Numbered from the stretch's first letter, positions 43,801-53,349 are shown. The stretch: DNA of 61,565 nt from an uncultured Gammaproteobacteria bacterium (GCA_964550845.1 CAZKAD010000001.1:197750-259314); one strand, 5' to 3'. Translations and numbers: made by a program. The notes: generated by a model not told the origin, from the letters alone.

Positions 43801-44327
43801 TCAATTTCCTTCAAGCATTTACTCACATAACTGGGAAAATTTTCGTTTTCTTCGGAAACTTTTTTATAGGTATCGATTTCTTTTTGGAAACGTCCGATAA
43901 GTTCTTGTATATCGAATTCTGGGTGAAGGAGAATTGAAGTAGATGAGTTGACATTTTGTTGCTCGGGGCTCAATTTTGCAAGGGTATCTTCCCGACGTTC
44001 AAAAATAAAGCTCAATTTTGCAAGTGCATCTTCTCGACGAAACCATGTTCTATACCTTCCTCCTACATAATGATGAGGACGAAGGCATTGCGCTTCAATT
44101 AAAGTGATGATATTTTGTTGAAGAAATTCTGCTAGTGGTTGAAGTATTTCTTTTTCTTTTTCAGTTAATTGATAAGATGCAAATGCATCTTTAAAAAAGT
44201 CTGGGTAAAGTGGTTGCGTCCAATTAAAAACTTCTTTAACTTCCCAACTACAAAAAGGACCAGACGAATTAACACGCACAAGGGTTTTCTCCATCTTTTC
44301 AAAAAGGAGAAATTTTTTAATATTCAA
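43776..44327 (-). CDS. hypothetical protein
   Basis: 183-aa ORF with an internal REDALAKLS / REDTLAKLS duplication. Its 3' end lies in hairpin 43772..43800. Confidence 0.65.
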   Translation of the reverse strand: MNIKKFLLFEKMEKTLVRVNSSGPFCSWEVKEVFNWTQPLYPDFFKDAFASYQLTEKEKEILQPLAEFLQQNIITLIEAQCLRPHHYVGGRYRTWFRREDALAKLSFIFERREDTLAKLSPEQQNVNSSTSILLHPEFDIQELIGRFQKEIDTYKKVSEENENFPSYVSKCLKEIENSSDQDR

Positions 44328-44328
44328 T

Positions 44329-44352
44329 ATTCAATCTTCGAGAAGATTGAAT
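44329..44352. terminator. hairpin downstream of 44401..45402
   Basis: Arms attcaatctt / aagattgaat, loop cgag. Confidence 0.55.
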
Positions 44353-44392
44353 AAACGTTCTTTCTGAATTGGTTATACGTCCTTCGGGGATA
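44352..44392 (+). repeat. GTTAAAC-hairpin element (degenerate unit plus good unit)
   Basis: taaacgttctttctgaattggttatacgtccttcgggga. It shares ttctgaattggtta with 18887... Confidence 0.7.
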
Positions 44393-44400
44393 TTAGAATG

Positions 44401-45402
44401 TTAAAACAAACCAATCAAATTGATCGAGCGAGGATCATACAATTCTTCTGTTAAGAAAGAATGAAAAATACTTGCATTTTTAGCATTTAACCAATCCGAT
44501 AGGACGTTTAACCCGTTAGCAATTAATTGGCAAAAATTCAAATCATTCCAGCACACCGACTTCGATCGCTGTTGGCAAAATCGATGTAGATAATCGATGC
44601 CTGGGTAATCTTCGAAATACCAACACGCAATTAATCTCGCTCCGTGTTTGTTATTTAACTCTTCTGTTTTGTCTGCTGCGAGATAGGAAATGTTTTCAAT
44701 CGGAAGTTTACCTGGATATTGAAGACAATTAAGCAGCATCTTTCGATTATTAATTTCAAGAGTTTTGATGCTTTTTACCTGATTAAAGTAACTCATATCG
44801 CCGTGAAAAAATGGAAACATATAGAAAAGATCACAGACAAGTCCGTTAAGAAATCGATATTGCTCAGTATCAACAAATGGCAACAAGTATCCGAAATGGA
44901 GTCCTTGGTAAGGAAAATTTTCTTTTGCTTGTAGAGAGTAAAATCTTTGAAGAAAAGACCAATCTTGTCTCGGTTCGTCATATGTAAAAAATGGAAGTTC
45001 AATATGGATCACGTTCAACTCGCTAATATCAATATCAGGTAAAGCAGTAACAAGCGCGAAGTTTTCTTTATCGGCTGGTTCCCGGGGTCGAGGTTGAAGC
45101 GAAATGATAAAAAATTCGGTATTTTGTTCACTCTCAAGATTATTTTCGTTTATTGGTTTTTCTCCGTCAATCTTTTGCAGACCGAGTAAATTCTCAAAAC
45201 TTCCAAGCGAAGTAAATATTTTAGCAATCCCATCCGGAAATCTACCTTGTTCAAATTGATCCAGCATATCTTCAAGTTCCTTTTTTGACGAAAGTTCAAT
45301 CGTTTGCGGGAGTTCGTAACGAAACATTTCAGTTGAACTTCTTTCGGAGGGGTGTTTGATTTGATAAACAATTCTTTGAATCAATTTTCTTAGCCAGGTC
45401 AT
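44401..45402 (-). CDS. LYDPRLL-motif family protein with an in-frame repeat insert
   Basis: 333 aa ending FLTEELYDPRSINLIGLF. GLNVLSDWLNAK is encoded by element copy 44486..44515. Confidence 0.8.
   Translation of the reverse strand: MTWLRKLIQRIVYQIKHPSERSSTEMFRYELPQTIELSSKKELEDMLDQFEQGRFPDGIAKIFTSLGSFENLLGLQKIDGEKPINENNLESEQNTEFFIISLQPRPREPADKENFALVTALPDIDISELNVIHIELPFFTYDEPRQDWSFLQRFYSLQAKENFPYQGLHFGYLLPFVDTEQYRFLNGLVCDLFYMFPFFHGDMSYFNQVKSIKTLEINNRKMLLNCLQYPGKLPIENISYLAADKTEELNNKHGARLIACWYFEDYPGIDYLHRFCQQRSKSVCWNDLNFCQLIANGLNVLSDWLNAKNASIFHSFLTEELYDPRSINLIGLF
44486..44515 (-). repeat. GTTAAAC-hairpin element inside a CDS
   Basis: The gene strand reads gggttaaacgtcctatcggattggttaaatgc, translated as GLNVLSDWLNA. 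Confidence 0.85.
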
Positions 45403-45428
45403 CAGAACGCTTAAGGTGATTGCTCACC

Positions 45429-45442
45429 GCCTCCGAAGAGGC
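45429..45442. terminator. short GC-rich hairpin downstream of 45462..46334
   Basis: Arms gcctc / gaggc. The loop reads UUCG on the gene (minus) strand. Confidence 0.5.
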
Positions 45443-45461
45443 TTTTTTATTTGAGAATGTT

Positions 45462-46334
45462 TTATTCTTCTGCGAATTTCCAGATCAAGATTAGCACTCG
45501 AGGGTCGTATAGGCCCATCTCAGGTGTATCGCAACAAAGAAACTTGGTCCAATGATTCGAATCCTTCTTTCCGGATAACCCAGCTAAGATTAAGGTATCA
45601 AAATCTTTCTGTGAGTATAGCCAATTCGTGAATCTATCTGGATTTTGGAGATGACGCTGATAATGTTGAATCAGCAAGCCCCCGTTTGGATACTTATCGA
45701 TCTTCTCAAATGTCGGAATTAAATCCGCTGTGAAAAAACCTGAAATTTCGATTGATTCAACCGGCAACTTTCGTGGATATTGAATCAAATCGATTAAGTC
45801 TTCAGGTTGAGAGATAGTCAAAACTTCAACACGATTCATCTTTTCGATCTTCTTCAGTGTAACTCCGTATTGCTCGAACTGCATCTCAAGAAATTTACAT
45901 CCGAGCCCGTCGAGAAGTTTTCCATAGCAAACAGAGTCAACCAGATGACCTATCTCGACGCTATAAATCCCATCGAATTTTGGAGTTCGTTGGGAATTCA
46001 TTCTTGAGAATTGGCGAAAAATACTATATAGATCTTCCGACAATTCGGGACTCTCGTAGTTGAAGATGAACTTGATCACTGTATTCTCAGGAGTGAAAAT
46101 TTTTTCCACCGTGATTGTATCTTCTTCATCATCTTCCAAGAAATGAGAAATAATGCTGACACATACTACAAATGGATTTTGTTTGTCAAGAATGTTCATT
46201 AGGCTTTTTTGTTCCTCATCCGGGTAAGAATCTTGGAACAATTCTTGGGTAGAGATCTTTCCATCGGTCAAATCTCTCAGCATCTGATTGCATTCATTAA
46301 GAGTAATTTCTCTTGATGAACTGAACTGATTCAT
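45462..46334 (-). CDS. LYDPRLL-motif family protein
   Basis: 290 aa ending EMGLYDPRVLILIWKFAEE. AAAATTGA on the gene strand at 46410..46417. Confidence 0.8.
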   Translation of the reverse strand: MNQFSSSREITLNECNQMLRDLTDGKISTQELFQDSYPDEEQKSLMNILDKQNPFVVCVSIISHFLEDDEEDTITVEKIFTPENTVIKFIFNYESPELSEDLYSIFRQFSRMNSQRTPKFDGIYSVEIGHLVDSVCYGKLLDGLGCKFLEMQFEQYGVTLKKIEKMNRVEVLTISQPEDLIDLIQYPRKLPVESIEISGFFTADLIPTFEKIDKYPNGGLLIQHYQRHLQNPDRFTNWLYSQKDFDTLILAGLSGKKDSNHWTKFLCCDTPEMGLYDPRVLILIWKFAEE

Positions 46335-46335
46335 G

Positions 46336-46363
46336 CTTAACTAGTCTTGAAGAGACGTAATTG
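46336..46363 (-). repeat. GTTAAAC-hairpin element immediately 5' of a start codon
   Basis: The gene strand reads ttacgtctcttcaagactagttaagc-ATG. Confidence 0.7.
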
Positions 46364-46409
46364 TAGATTGTCTGCGTGTCGAAAGTATGCGAGAATTTCA
46401 ATAAAAAAC

Positions 46410-46417
46410 TCAATTTT
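46410..46417 (-). promoter_or_regulatory. AAAATTGA octamer
   Basis: 76 nt upstream of ATG 46334, with a repeat element in between. Confidence 0.55.
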
Positions 46418-46516
46418 GATTATCTATCATGTGAGCTTCGAAAAATGAGATTTTTTTCGGGGTTTAGTGAAACTTTTTGAACGTTCAAACTTTGAAATAG
46501 AATCAACATTGTTAAA

Positions 46517-48244
46517 ATGTTTGAAGAACCTTTGATTCAAGATGTGAAAAATCATCTTGCTATAATTGGAGATAAAAGAACCTCATTTCAAACAAGATTC
46601 TTCGATTTACCTCGAAGATGGGCAGAAAAGAACAACGACCGAGCTCCTTTGGAGGTTGGATTTCGAGCGAGTGATTTGTTCGATCGTTTTCTTCGAGCTT
46701 ATCAAGGAGATTTACTTCAACTTGATCTTGATGCAATTTGTTGGGCAACCTTTTTAATTGCCAGTAAGATGACAAGAGCATGTTTAATTCATCTCTCGGA
46801 TATTCTTGCTCATGCTCACGTTAAAAATCCGAAAGGACCGACAAGCGACCCAAAGTTTAATAATCGGGTACTTGATGCTGAGTTACTTGTAATTCACACT
46901 CTCGGTGGTCAGCTTGACTATCTTTGTTCGTACCATTATCTTTGTTTCCTACTTGATCGTGAAGAAAAAGTAACCCAAGTTAATGCGATCTTTCAAATGA
47001 TGGAATTTACTTGCAACAGTATTAAATTGAACCAATCCTATTCATCATTTGAAATAACTATTGGATGCTGGTCTCTTTTTGCAGATCAAAAATCCCCTCA
47101 ACTTCAAACAATGCCCGAAAGAATTCGAGAAATTCGAGAGTATCTATTTGATCGAATTGAAGCTTACAACAAGGCTGGAAAACATCAGATTCGAATTACT
47201 CCATTTGCAATCAACCTTGAAATTCCGAAGTTTCCACGAAGAATTTTGAATGAGCCTCTTTTATTGAAGATGAAAGATCTTCAATATTTAAAAGTGCTCG
47301 GATCTGGCGTAACCGGAGATGTCGATTTGTATCGCTCTTTGACGAAACCAAAGAACTACGCGGTCAAAAAGTACTTTTGCAATCCGACAGTTGACTATTA
47401 TAAGAACTATGGTGTTCCGGTAGAATTCCTTCGTGAGATTTCAGTCTTACTTCGAAATTCATCGAAGCATCTAATTCAAGTGCATGGATTCGAAGTCAAT
47501 CTTCAATCAAAGATGATTTACGTTATCCTTGAACATGGAGGTCATTCGATTTACGACTTTGTCTACGATTATGACTCGGCGTTTCATAAAAACAAAGCTG
47601 AAATGTGTAGGCAAATTATTCGACAAATTCTCGAAGGATTGGAAGATCTTCATCAACGAGGAATCTTTCATCGTGACATTAAACCTACCAACGTGGTATG
47701 TCGAATGATTCGTTCCAATCGGAAGATTTTTCCTCATGTCAAATTGATTGATTTTGGTTTGGCAAAACGAAACACATCTGAACTCAAAACACCTCGGATG
47801 GTAACGCTCTGGTATCGTCCTCCTGAAGTTTGTCAAGGAGAGGAATATAATGAAAAAACCGACATTTGGAGTCTTGCTTGTATGATCTTTGAAATGATCA
47901 ACGTAACTCCATTTTGTCCAACTTCGATAGGTAAACAAGAGAACGAAACTCATATCATTAATATGAAGAAAATGTTTTCTTCGTATGAAGGACCTGCCAA
48001 ACAAGAAGAAATTAGCCGTCTTCTTTCTCTCAAATATCGAGATAAGAATTTGGTTGATTTACTTTCGAAAATGCTGGCTTGGAAACCAGCCGATCGAATC
48101 TCTGCCAAGGAAGCTCTTCTTCATCCCTATTTTCGTGAGGATCGGCAAGAAACCGAAGACGTCAGAATGACTGACGTTAATAGTCCCACAAAGATCGAAA
48201 TTCAAGTCGATTCAATGAAGACGATTCGAAAAGACTTAGAGTAA
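46517..48244 (+). CDS. CDK-like Ser/Thr kinase with a cyclin-box-like N-terminal region
   Basis: The C-terminal half has LGSGVTGDV, GVPVEFLREISVLL (PSTAIRE position), HRDIKPTNVV, DFGLAK, TLWYRPPEV and DIWSLACMIFEM. The N-terminal ~230 aa has DLFDRFL, LDAICWATFLIASKM and VLDAELLVIHTLGGQLDY, which fit a cyclin box. Confidence 0.85.
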   Translation: MFEEPLIQDVKNHLAIIGDKRTSFQTRFFDLPRRWAEKNNDRAPLEVGFRASDLFDRFLRAYQGDLLQLDLDAICWATFLIASKMTRACLIHLSDILAHAHVKNPKGPTSDPKFNNRVLDAELLVIHTLGGQLDYLCSYHYLCFLLDREEKVTQVNAIFQMMEFTCNSIKLNQSYSSFEITIGCWSLFADQKSPQLQTMPERIREIREYLFDRIEAYNKAGKHQIRITPFAINLEIPKFPRRILNEPLLLKMKDLQYLKVLGSGVTGDVDLYRSLTKPKNYAVKKYFCNPTVDYYKNYGVPVEFLREISVLLRNSSKHLIQVHGFEVNLQSKMIYVILEHGGHSIYDFVYDYDSAFHKNKAEMCRQIIRQILEGLEDLHQRGIFHRDIKPTNVVCRMIRSNRKIFPHVKLIDFGLAKRNTSELKTPRMVTLWYRPPEVCQGEEYNEKTDIWSLACMIFEMINVTPFCPTSIGKQENETHIINMKKMFSSYEGPAKQEEISRLLSLKYRDKNLVDLLSKMLAWKPADRISAKEALLHPYFREDRQETEDVRMTDVNSPTKIEIQVDSMKTIRKDLE

Positions 48245-48247
48245 AAT

Positions 48248-48255
48248 AAAATTGA
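48248..48255 (+). promoter_or_regulatory. AAAATTGA octamer
   Basis: 61 nt upstream of ATG 48316. Confidence 0.5.
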
Positions 48256-48315
48256 AAAAAATATTTAACTTCTTTTGTCTTTTTGTGTCTTTGCTTATCT
48301 TCTTGTGTGTCAATA

Positions 48316-48513
48316 ATGTCATCAGAAACAGACACTCAAATGTTTCTTGTTCAAATTGACCAAGAACATCAACGTTTCCTTGACCGACAAATGGAACTGT
48401 TTTGTGAACAACAACAGAAATTGTTTGAACAACAATTTCAATCTTCAAACGATTCGTTCAATCGGATGAATCAATTGAATTCTGCTTTCCAATCTCTTCA
48501 GATTGGAAAGTGA
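48316..48513 (+). CDS. small Gln-rich hypothetical protein
   Basis: Trimmed to ATG 48316. AAAATTGA at 48248..48255; hairpin 48519..48542. Confidence 0.45.
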   Translation: MSSETDTQMFLVQIDQEHQRFLDRQMELFCEQQQKLFEQQFQSSNDSFNRMNQLNSAFQSLQIGK

Positions 48514-48518
48514 AACTT

Positions 48519-48542
48519 TTCTTTTCCCCTCGGGGAAAAGAA
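48519..48542. terminator. hairpin between convergent genes (small ORF and topoisomerase II)
   Basis: Arms ttcttttccc / gggaaaagaa, centre ctcg. Confidence 0.65.
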
Positions 48543-48552
48543 TAAAAACCAT

Positions 48553-51500
48553 TCATTTTCTTCGATGAGTGCGCTTTGGTACTTTCTTTCGATTACCATT
48601 CTTATTTGGAATATCCATACTCATTTGATTTTCAGCCCATTGATTATAGTGTTCAATGTAAGCTCGTTCAAATTCATCGAGCTCCTTCTCCCACATTTGG
48701 CGAGCCGATGTATTCAGTAAGGTGTCATACTCTTTTCGAAGGAGATTATATTGTGCTGCCAGTTTCTCAATCATATCATAACAAAAGTTACTGACTGGAA
48801 TTTTAAGCAAATATTCGTGGCTCCCATCAATTTGTTGAAAGTTAGCTTGTTGAATTTTTTGGAGAATCTCGGCTTTCTTCTTTTTGAAGATAACAATTTG
48901 ATCACTCACAACTGCTTGAATAAAACGATATTTCTCAGCAGTGGCTGTCATTCTTTTCAACAAGTTAGCAAGAATGTATTCTTTTCGAACTTGATAAAGA
49001 CGGAGTCTCTCCTTTGCAAAGGTGAAAATAATCTGATCAACCGAATCAAAAGTTTCTGGAGGATGTGCATAATCAATAAACGCGGTCATATTACTGGTAG
49101 ATAATTTTGTCACTAAATTTAAATGTTTGAGAATATTTTCCGGATTTCCAATCAGTGTAAAATCAACTCGAACTGCACTTGAATGATCGATGAAATCTTC
49201 TATCACCTCCTTTTCGCGTAATTCTTTCAAAGTTTCTTTGAAATCTGATGTCCACTTTCCAATTGGCAGTTCGGTAATGTGAACTGAATTTTCGCTTGCA
49301 AGTTGAACCACACCTTCGGTTTGATAACGTTGATAACCAACTTTTTTGACTGTTCCACGAAAACCTCGATACCATGGAAGAAGTTCAGGAAGCTCTGAAA
49401 AAGTTATTTTCGATTTTCCTACATTAACAGTGGTGATTTCATCGAGATTTTCTCGGATCCATATTCTGAGAGCTCGAATAATGTCAAGAGGATTGAATGC
49501 TGGAATGGAAGTTGACCATCCAGTTCCAATTCCATCACACCCATTAACTAAAATGGTTGGGATGACTGGAACATAATATTCCGGCTCAATTGGCCCTTTT
49601 TCTCCTTGTCGATAAGTCAAAACGGGAAAATCTTCGGCCCGAAAAAGATAATGCATGATTTTTTCGAGTCGAGTCATTACATATCTTGTCTCAGCCGCAT
49701 CTTTTCCACCTTTCAATCGAGATCCAAATTGACCTGCAGGTTCAAGGTAGTTAATATTGCCTGCACCAATGAAATCTTGAGCCATGCAAACAGCTGCGTC
49801 GCTTAAACATTTGTCATTGTAGTGATATTCCGCAATTGCAGTGGTATGAGCCGCAACTTCGACAACTTTGATTTCATCACCTTGGCCAGCAACAATTTTT
49901 TTCTTAAAGCACGCGAAGATAATTTTTCGTTGTGATTGTTTGAGTCCGTCGAACACAGACGGAATAGCTCGGATATTGCTGGTGATTGAAAAATTAATTA
50001 CTTCAGTGTTGATAAAATTCGAATATGTGGTTGAGACATATTGAGCTTTTTCATCTCCGATAAACATGAAGTTATCTTCATTGTAAGCTCGAATCCAATC
50101 TTTTCTGGCTTCAGCATTGTTTTTACCGAATACTTTCTTAAAGTTTTCGACCATGTTCGGATCCGGAAGATAAAGTTGCATCCTTGATCCAAAACCATCG
50201 AGAATATCTTTGTCTCGATTGGTACCCAGTCCCTTAAAATACTTCGGTTTTCCATATTTACCTTCGTTATTGGCTTGAAAGTCTTTGAATGTTGATTGAC
50301 GATAAAATTTCCTTTCTTCTCCATTCTTCATTGTCAAACGGATGATTGGAGTTTTCATTGACATGACAAAACTCGGTGTTCTTGACATCAATCCGGGAAA
50401 CATTTTTAGCAGATTATTATGAATTAGACCTTCAATATGAATTCCATCATCATCTGCATCGGTGACTAACACCAAAGCTCCATATCTCAAAGTGACAAGA
50501 TTTTCATCTTTACTATAATCGACTCCAAGTTTGAGACCCAGTGCTTGAATAATGTTTTGAACTTGTTTACTCTCAGCAATTTTTTCAGCGTTCGCTTTTT
50601 GTGTATTGAGAATTTTACCTCTGAGAGGAAGGATTCCAAGATAGTCACGACCAGTCTTTCCATTCAGACCTTTTGCCAATCCTTTGGTCACAAAGGTGGC
50701 AGCTGAATCTCCTTCACAGATAAAAAGAATGCATTCCATTGAATGGATTGTTCCAGCTAAATTTGCATCATCAAGTTTTTCGATATTGAGATGTTTCTCA
50801 CCAGTCCCTTCCATTTTCTTCTTCTGCACTCGGTAAATCTTCGATTCAATCAATTCCTTCAACGTTGTAATCACCGGCCATTTCATAATCTTATTCAAGA
50901 ACTTTGCATCAAGATGAATTTCAGGCTTTGGCAAAGAAAGTTTCACCTTTTCTTGTGAAGTAAACTTTGGATTGTCTGCGCCATAATTGATGAATAGTGA
51001 AAAATGTGAGGCGACTTCTCGACCAGTGATTTTACATTTATCATCCTTCAGTTCAGCATTTAGACGAGAGGCAATTTCAGTGAATAAAACTTTGTGCCAA
51101 GCGTCAACATGAACACCTCCCTCTGGTTGAGGAATGCCATTGGTAAAAGCAACGATAGTTGGATTATTACTCGCCATAATTGCGACCTCGTTATCAGGTA
51201 AGCTAATGGCAAGGACTTCAGATTTTTCTTCCGAATACATCGAAGCATAATCAGCCAGATTTTTAACTGGAACTAAAACGTCATTGAAATAGACTTTTAC
51301 TTTAGTCAACATCGCAATATCATAGGCGTACTTTTGCAGCACAGCCATTGAAGAAGCAGTGATTCCTGGCATACCAAATTTTTGATAATCGGGCAGCCAG
51401 TGAACAAAAGTATAGCCAGTTCCACTTTTCGAAACGACCTGCGGAGCTGTTACTTCAGTCATATTGTTCATCCAAACCTGGGTGAAATGGAGATTTCTTG

Positions 51501-51987
51501 TCGCATCTTGGGTCTCAACTTTGAACCATTTGGAGAAAGTTGAGGTTAATTTGGAACCAAATCCATTTCGCCCTGAAGTTCTTCTCTTTTCATTATCATT
51601 GTAGTTTGTCGATGACATATAAACACCGAATACGATACTCGGATTGAACATTTGTTCATAACCGGGGATTCGACTTCGTTCAATGGGAATAGTTCTTCCA
51701 TCATTCCAGAAAGAAATACTTCCATCTTGGTAAATGTTCATTCGAATAGTTGTACATTTGGTTGTCGTACTTGATCTCCAAACATTATCGATACAGTTGC
51801 TTCCAATTTCGATTACAGTTCTTTCCCATGCTGGGTTGAAAGTGACATTATCGTAAACGATTTTTCCATTCTTCACCACTGGGACATAGAAACTATCATT
51901 TCGAAAAGTTCCAAGATAAGTATCGGGACGATGGAGAACATGCTCACGCATGTTTCCCATCACCCGAATTTCAGGATCATGTGCCAT
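48553..51987 (-). CDS. TOP2: DNA topoisomerase II (type IIA)
   Basis: 1144 aa with an N-terminal GHKL ATPase region, the TOPRIM motifs CEGDSA and PLRGKILN, VTDADDDGIHIEGL, and the active-site context AETRYVMTRL. Confidence 0.97.
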   Translation of the reverse strand: MAHDPEIRVMGNMREHVLHRPDTYLGTFRNDSFYVPVVKNGKIVYDNVTFNPAWERTVIEIGSNCIDNVWRSSTTTKCTTIRMNIYQDGSISFWNDGRTIPIERSRIPGYEQMFNPSIVFGVYMSSTNYNDNEKRRTSGRNGFGSKLTSTFSKWFKVETQDATRNLHFTQVWMNNMTEVTAPQVVSKSGTGYTFVHWLPDYQKFGMPGITASSMAVLQKYAYDIAMLTKVKVYFNDVLVPVKNLADYASMYSEEKSEVLAISLPDNEVAIMASNNPTIVAFTNGIPQPEGGVHVDAWHKVLFTEIASRLNAELKDDKCKITGREVASHFSLFINYGADNPKFTSQEKVKLSLPKPEIHLDAKFLNKIMKWPVITTLKELIESKIYRVQKKKMEGTGEKHLNIEKLDDANLAGTIHSMECILFICEGDSAATFVTKGLAKGLNGKTGRDYLGILPLRGKILNTQKANAEKIAESKQVQNIIQALGLKLGVDYSKDENLVTLRYGALVLVTDADDDGIHIEGLIHNNLLKMFPGLMSRTPSFVMSMKTPIIRLTMKNGEERKFYRQSTFKDFQANNEGKYGKPKYFKGLGTNRDKDILDGFGSRMQLYLPDPNMVENFKKVFGKNNAEARKDWIRAYNEDNFMFIGDEKAQYVSTTYSNFINTEVINFSITSNIRAIPSVFDGLKQSQRKIIFACFKKKIVAGQGDEIKVVEVAAHTTAIAEYHYNDKCLSDAAVCMAQDFIGAGNINYLEPAGQFGSRLKGGKDAAETRYVMTRLEKIMHYLFRAEDFPVLTYRQGEKGPIEPEYYVPVIPTILVNGCDGIGTGWSTSIPAFNPLDIIRALRIWIRENLDEITTVNVGKSKITFSELPELLPWYRGFRGTVKKVGYQRYQTEGVVQLASENSVHITELPIGKWTSDFKETLKELREKEVIEDFIDHSSAVRVDFTLIGNPENILKHLNLVTKLSTSNMTAFIDYAHPPETFDSVDQIIFTFAKERLRLYQVRKEYILANLLKRMTATAEKYRFIQAVVSDQIVIFKKKKAEILQKIQQANFQQIDGSHEYLLKIPVSNFCYDMIEKLAAQYNLLRKEYDTLLNTSARQMWEKELDEFERAYIEHYNQWAENQMSMDIPNKNGNRKKVPKRTHRRK

Positions 51988-52115
51988 ATTTGAATCGAGT
52001 GCAAATTTTTACTTGGGTTGTAATTTTTGAAATCATTTTTTCGTGCATGGATACCTAGCCGTAAACGGGCAAAAAGCACAACTTTCCTTCTTATTTGAGT
52101 CTTGAAGGTACCTGG

Positions 52116-52141
52116 ATTTTTCTCGTCAAAACGAGAAAAAT
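52116..52141. terminator. hairpin downstream of 52187..53200
   Basis: Arms atttttctcgt / acgagaaaaat, loop caaa. Confidence 0.6.
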
Positions 52142-52186
52142 TTCGATTTTCTGGGTATTTTTTGCATCGGTCGGCAATTTTTTCAA

Positions 52187-53200
52187 TCAATCAATTTGCG
52201 CCGGACCGTCGAGTTGTGGGTCTCGGAGAGGCCGAATTTGCTCGATTTCTTCTCGAAGTTCTTGATCAAGGTCTTCCTCCAATGTAAGCTTTGACTTCTT
52301 TGGAGCAACTATTGTCTGGTGAGTTTGCATTGTCGGTATAATTGGTTTGAGTGTAACATTCAAAGGTGGAATTTCATTCTCTTTCGCTTTTTCGAACATT
52401 TTTCTTGCATCAGTTGACTTCGTGTCCGATTTCATGAATTGAATTTGAGGCTGACTTGAAAGTACCGGGAATTGTGATTGTCTAGGAGAAACAATTTGTT
52501 GTTGAACTTGAGGTTGCGGTTGAACTTGAGATTGTTGCGGTTGAACTTGAGATTGTTGCGGTTGAACTTGAGGTTGCGCTTGTTGAGCTTGAGATTGTTG
52601 AGGTTGAATTTGCGGTTGCGCTTGTTGAGCTTGAGATTGTTGAGGTTGAATTTGCGGTTGCGCTTGTTGAGCTTGTGGTTGTTGAGGTTGAACTTGTGGT
52701 TGCGCTTGTTGAGCTTGAGATTGTTGAGGTTGAACTTGCGCTTGTTGAACTTGTGGTTGAGGTTGAACTTGTGGTTGTGGTTGAGGTTGAACTTGTGGTT
52801 GTGGTTGAGGTTGAACTTGAGGTTGAACTTGAGGTTGCGGTCGAGGAACTTGTTGGACTGGATAATAAACTGGGACTCCAAGTTGATTATATCCGTAAAA
52901 ATATTGTTGTTGAGCTTGTTGTTGAGCTTGTTGTTGAGCTTGTTGTTGAGCTTGTTGTTGAGCTTGTTCTCTTTCTTGTGTTTGGTCAGAATCACGTGGG
53001 ACTTCAGTGCCTCGTATTTCATTCATTTTGTCTTCGAGTATTTGAATTTGATGAGAAAGTTTTTCTATTATTTCTCCTTGTTCTTCGACAAGTTTTGATA
53101 GAGATGAAATCTGCCTATGGAAATAGATCCCTGCCACAATAAAAACGACACCTCCACCAATCAAAGGTAACAACTTATTGTTTTCCATTGAAAAAGACAA
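52187..53200 (-). CDS. N-terminally TM-anchored Gln/Pro-rich low-complexity protein
   Basis: 337 aa: TM LIGGGVVFIVAGIYF, a coiled segment, then (QQA)n and (PQ.QVQ)n repeats and a non-repetitive C-terminus. Hairpin 52116..52141 lies downstream on the gene strand. Confidence 0.7.
   Translation of the reverse strand: MSFSMENNKLLPLIGGGVVFIVAGIYFHRQISSLSKLVEEQGEIIEKLSHQIQILEDKMNEIRGTEVPRDSDQTQEREQAQQQAQQQAQQQAQQQAQQQYFYGYNQLGVPVYYPVQQVPRPQPQVQPQVQPQPQPQVQPQPQPQVQPQPQVQQAQVQPQQSQAQQAQPQVQPQQPQAQQAQPQIQPQQSQAQQAQPQIQPQQSQAQQAQPQVQPQQSQVQPQQSQVQPQPQVQQQIVSPRQSQFPVLSSQPQIQFMKSDTKSTDARKMFEKAKENEIPPLNVTLKPIIPTMQTHQTIVAPKKSKLTLEEDLDQELREEIEQIRPLRDPQLDGPAQID
52480..52980. repeat. coding low-complexity repeats (CAA/CAG/CCA-rich on the gene strand)
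   Basis: ttgaggttgaacttg / ttgttgagc type repeats. All six frames stay open here. Confidence 0.8.
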
Positions 53201-53228
53201 TCGGCAATTCTTTTATATTTCTAAAGCT

Positions 53229-53279
53229 AACGTTTAACCAGTTCAAAAAGTCCAAAAAGTTCTTTGGAAGGTTTAACTG
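53229..53279 (-). repeat. degenerate GTTAAAC-element copies
   Basis: aacgtttaaccagttcaaaaagtccaaaaagttctttggaaggtttaactg. Confidence 0.45.
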
Positions 53280-53289
53280 CGTAAAAAGG

Positions 53290-53349
53290 CTTTTAACTAA
53301 TTGATTTCGAAAGAATAAAAATCTTCTTTTGAAATCGATTAGTTAAAAG
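53290..53349. repeat. long imperfect inverted repeat in a divergent intergenic region
   Basis: cttttaactaattgatttcgaaag ... cttttgaaatcgattagttaaaag, about 22 of 24 positions complementary. Confidence 0.7.

Noticed and set aside
45429-45442. GC-rich stem followed by a T-run on the plus strand, resembling a bacterial rho-independent terminator
   Set aside because: The flanking genes are on the minus strand, where the loop reads UUCG and the run is A-rich upstream. It fits the same viral 3' hairpin class rather than indicating bacterial origin.
52432-53142. ORFs 52432..53022(-), 52478..53098(+) and 52675..53142(+) overlapping the Q/P-repeat gene
   Set aside because: These are alternative frames of a simple repeat, giving NKLN/LRLN/VELV-type products. 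Only the 52187..53200 minus frame has a non-repetitive TM N-terminus, a non-repetitive C-terminus and a downstream hairpin.
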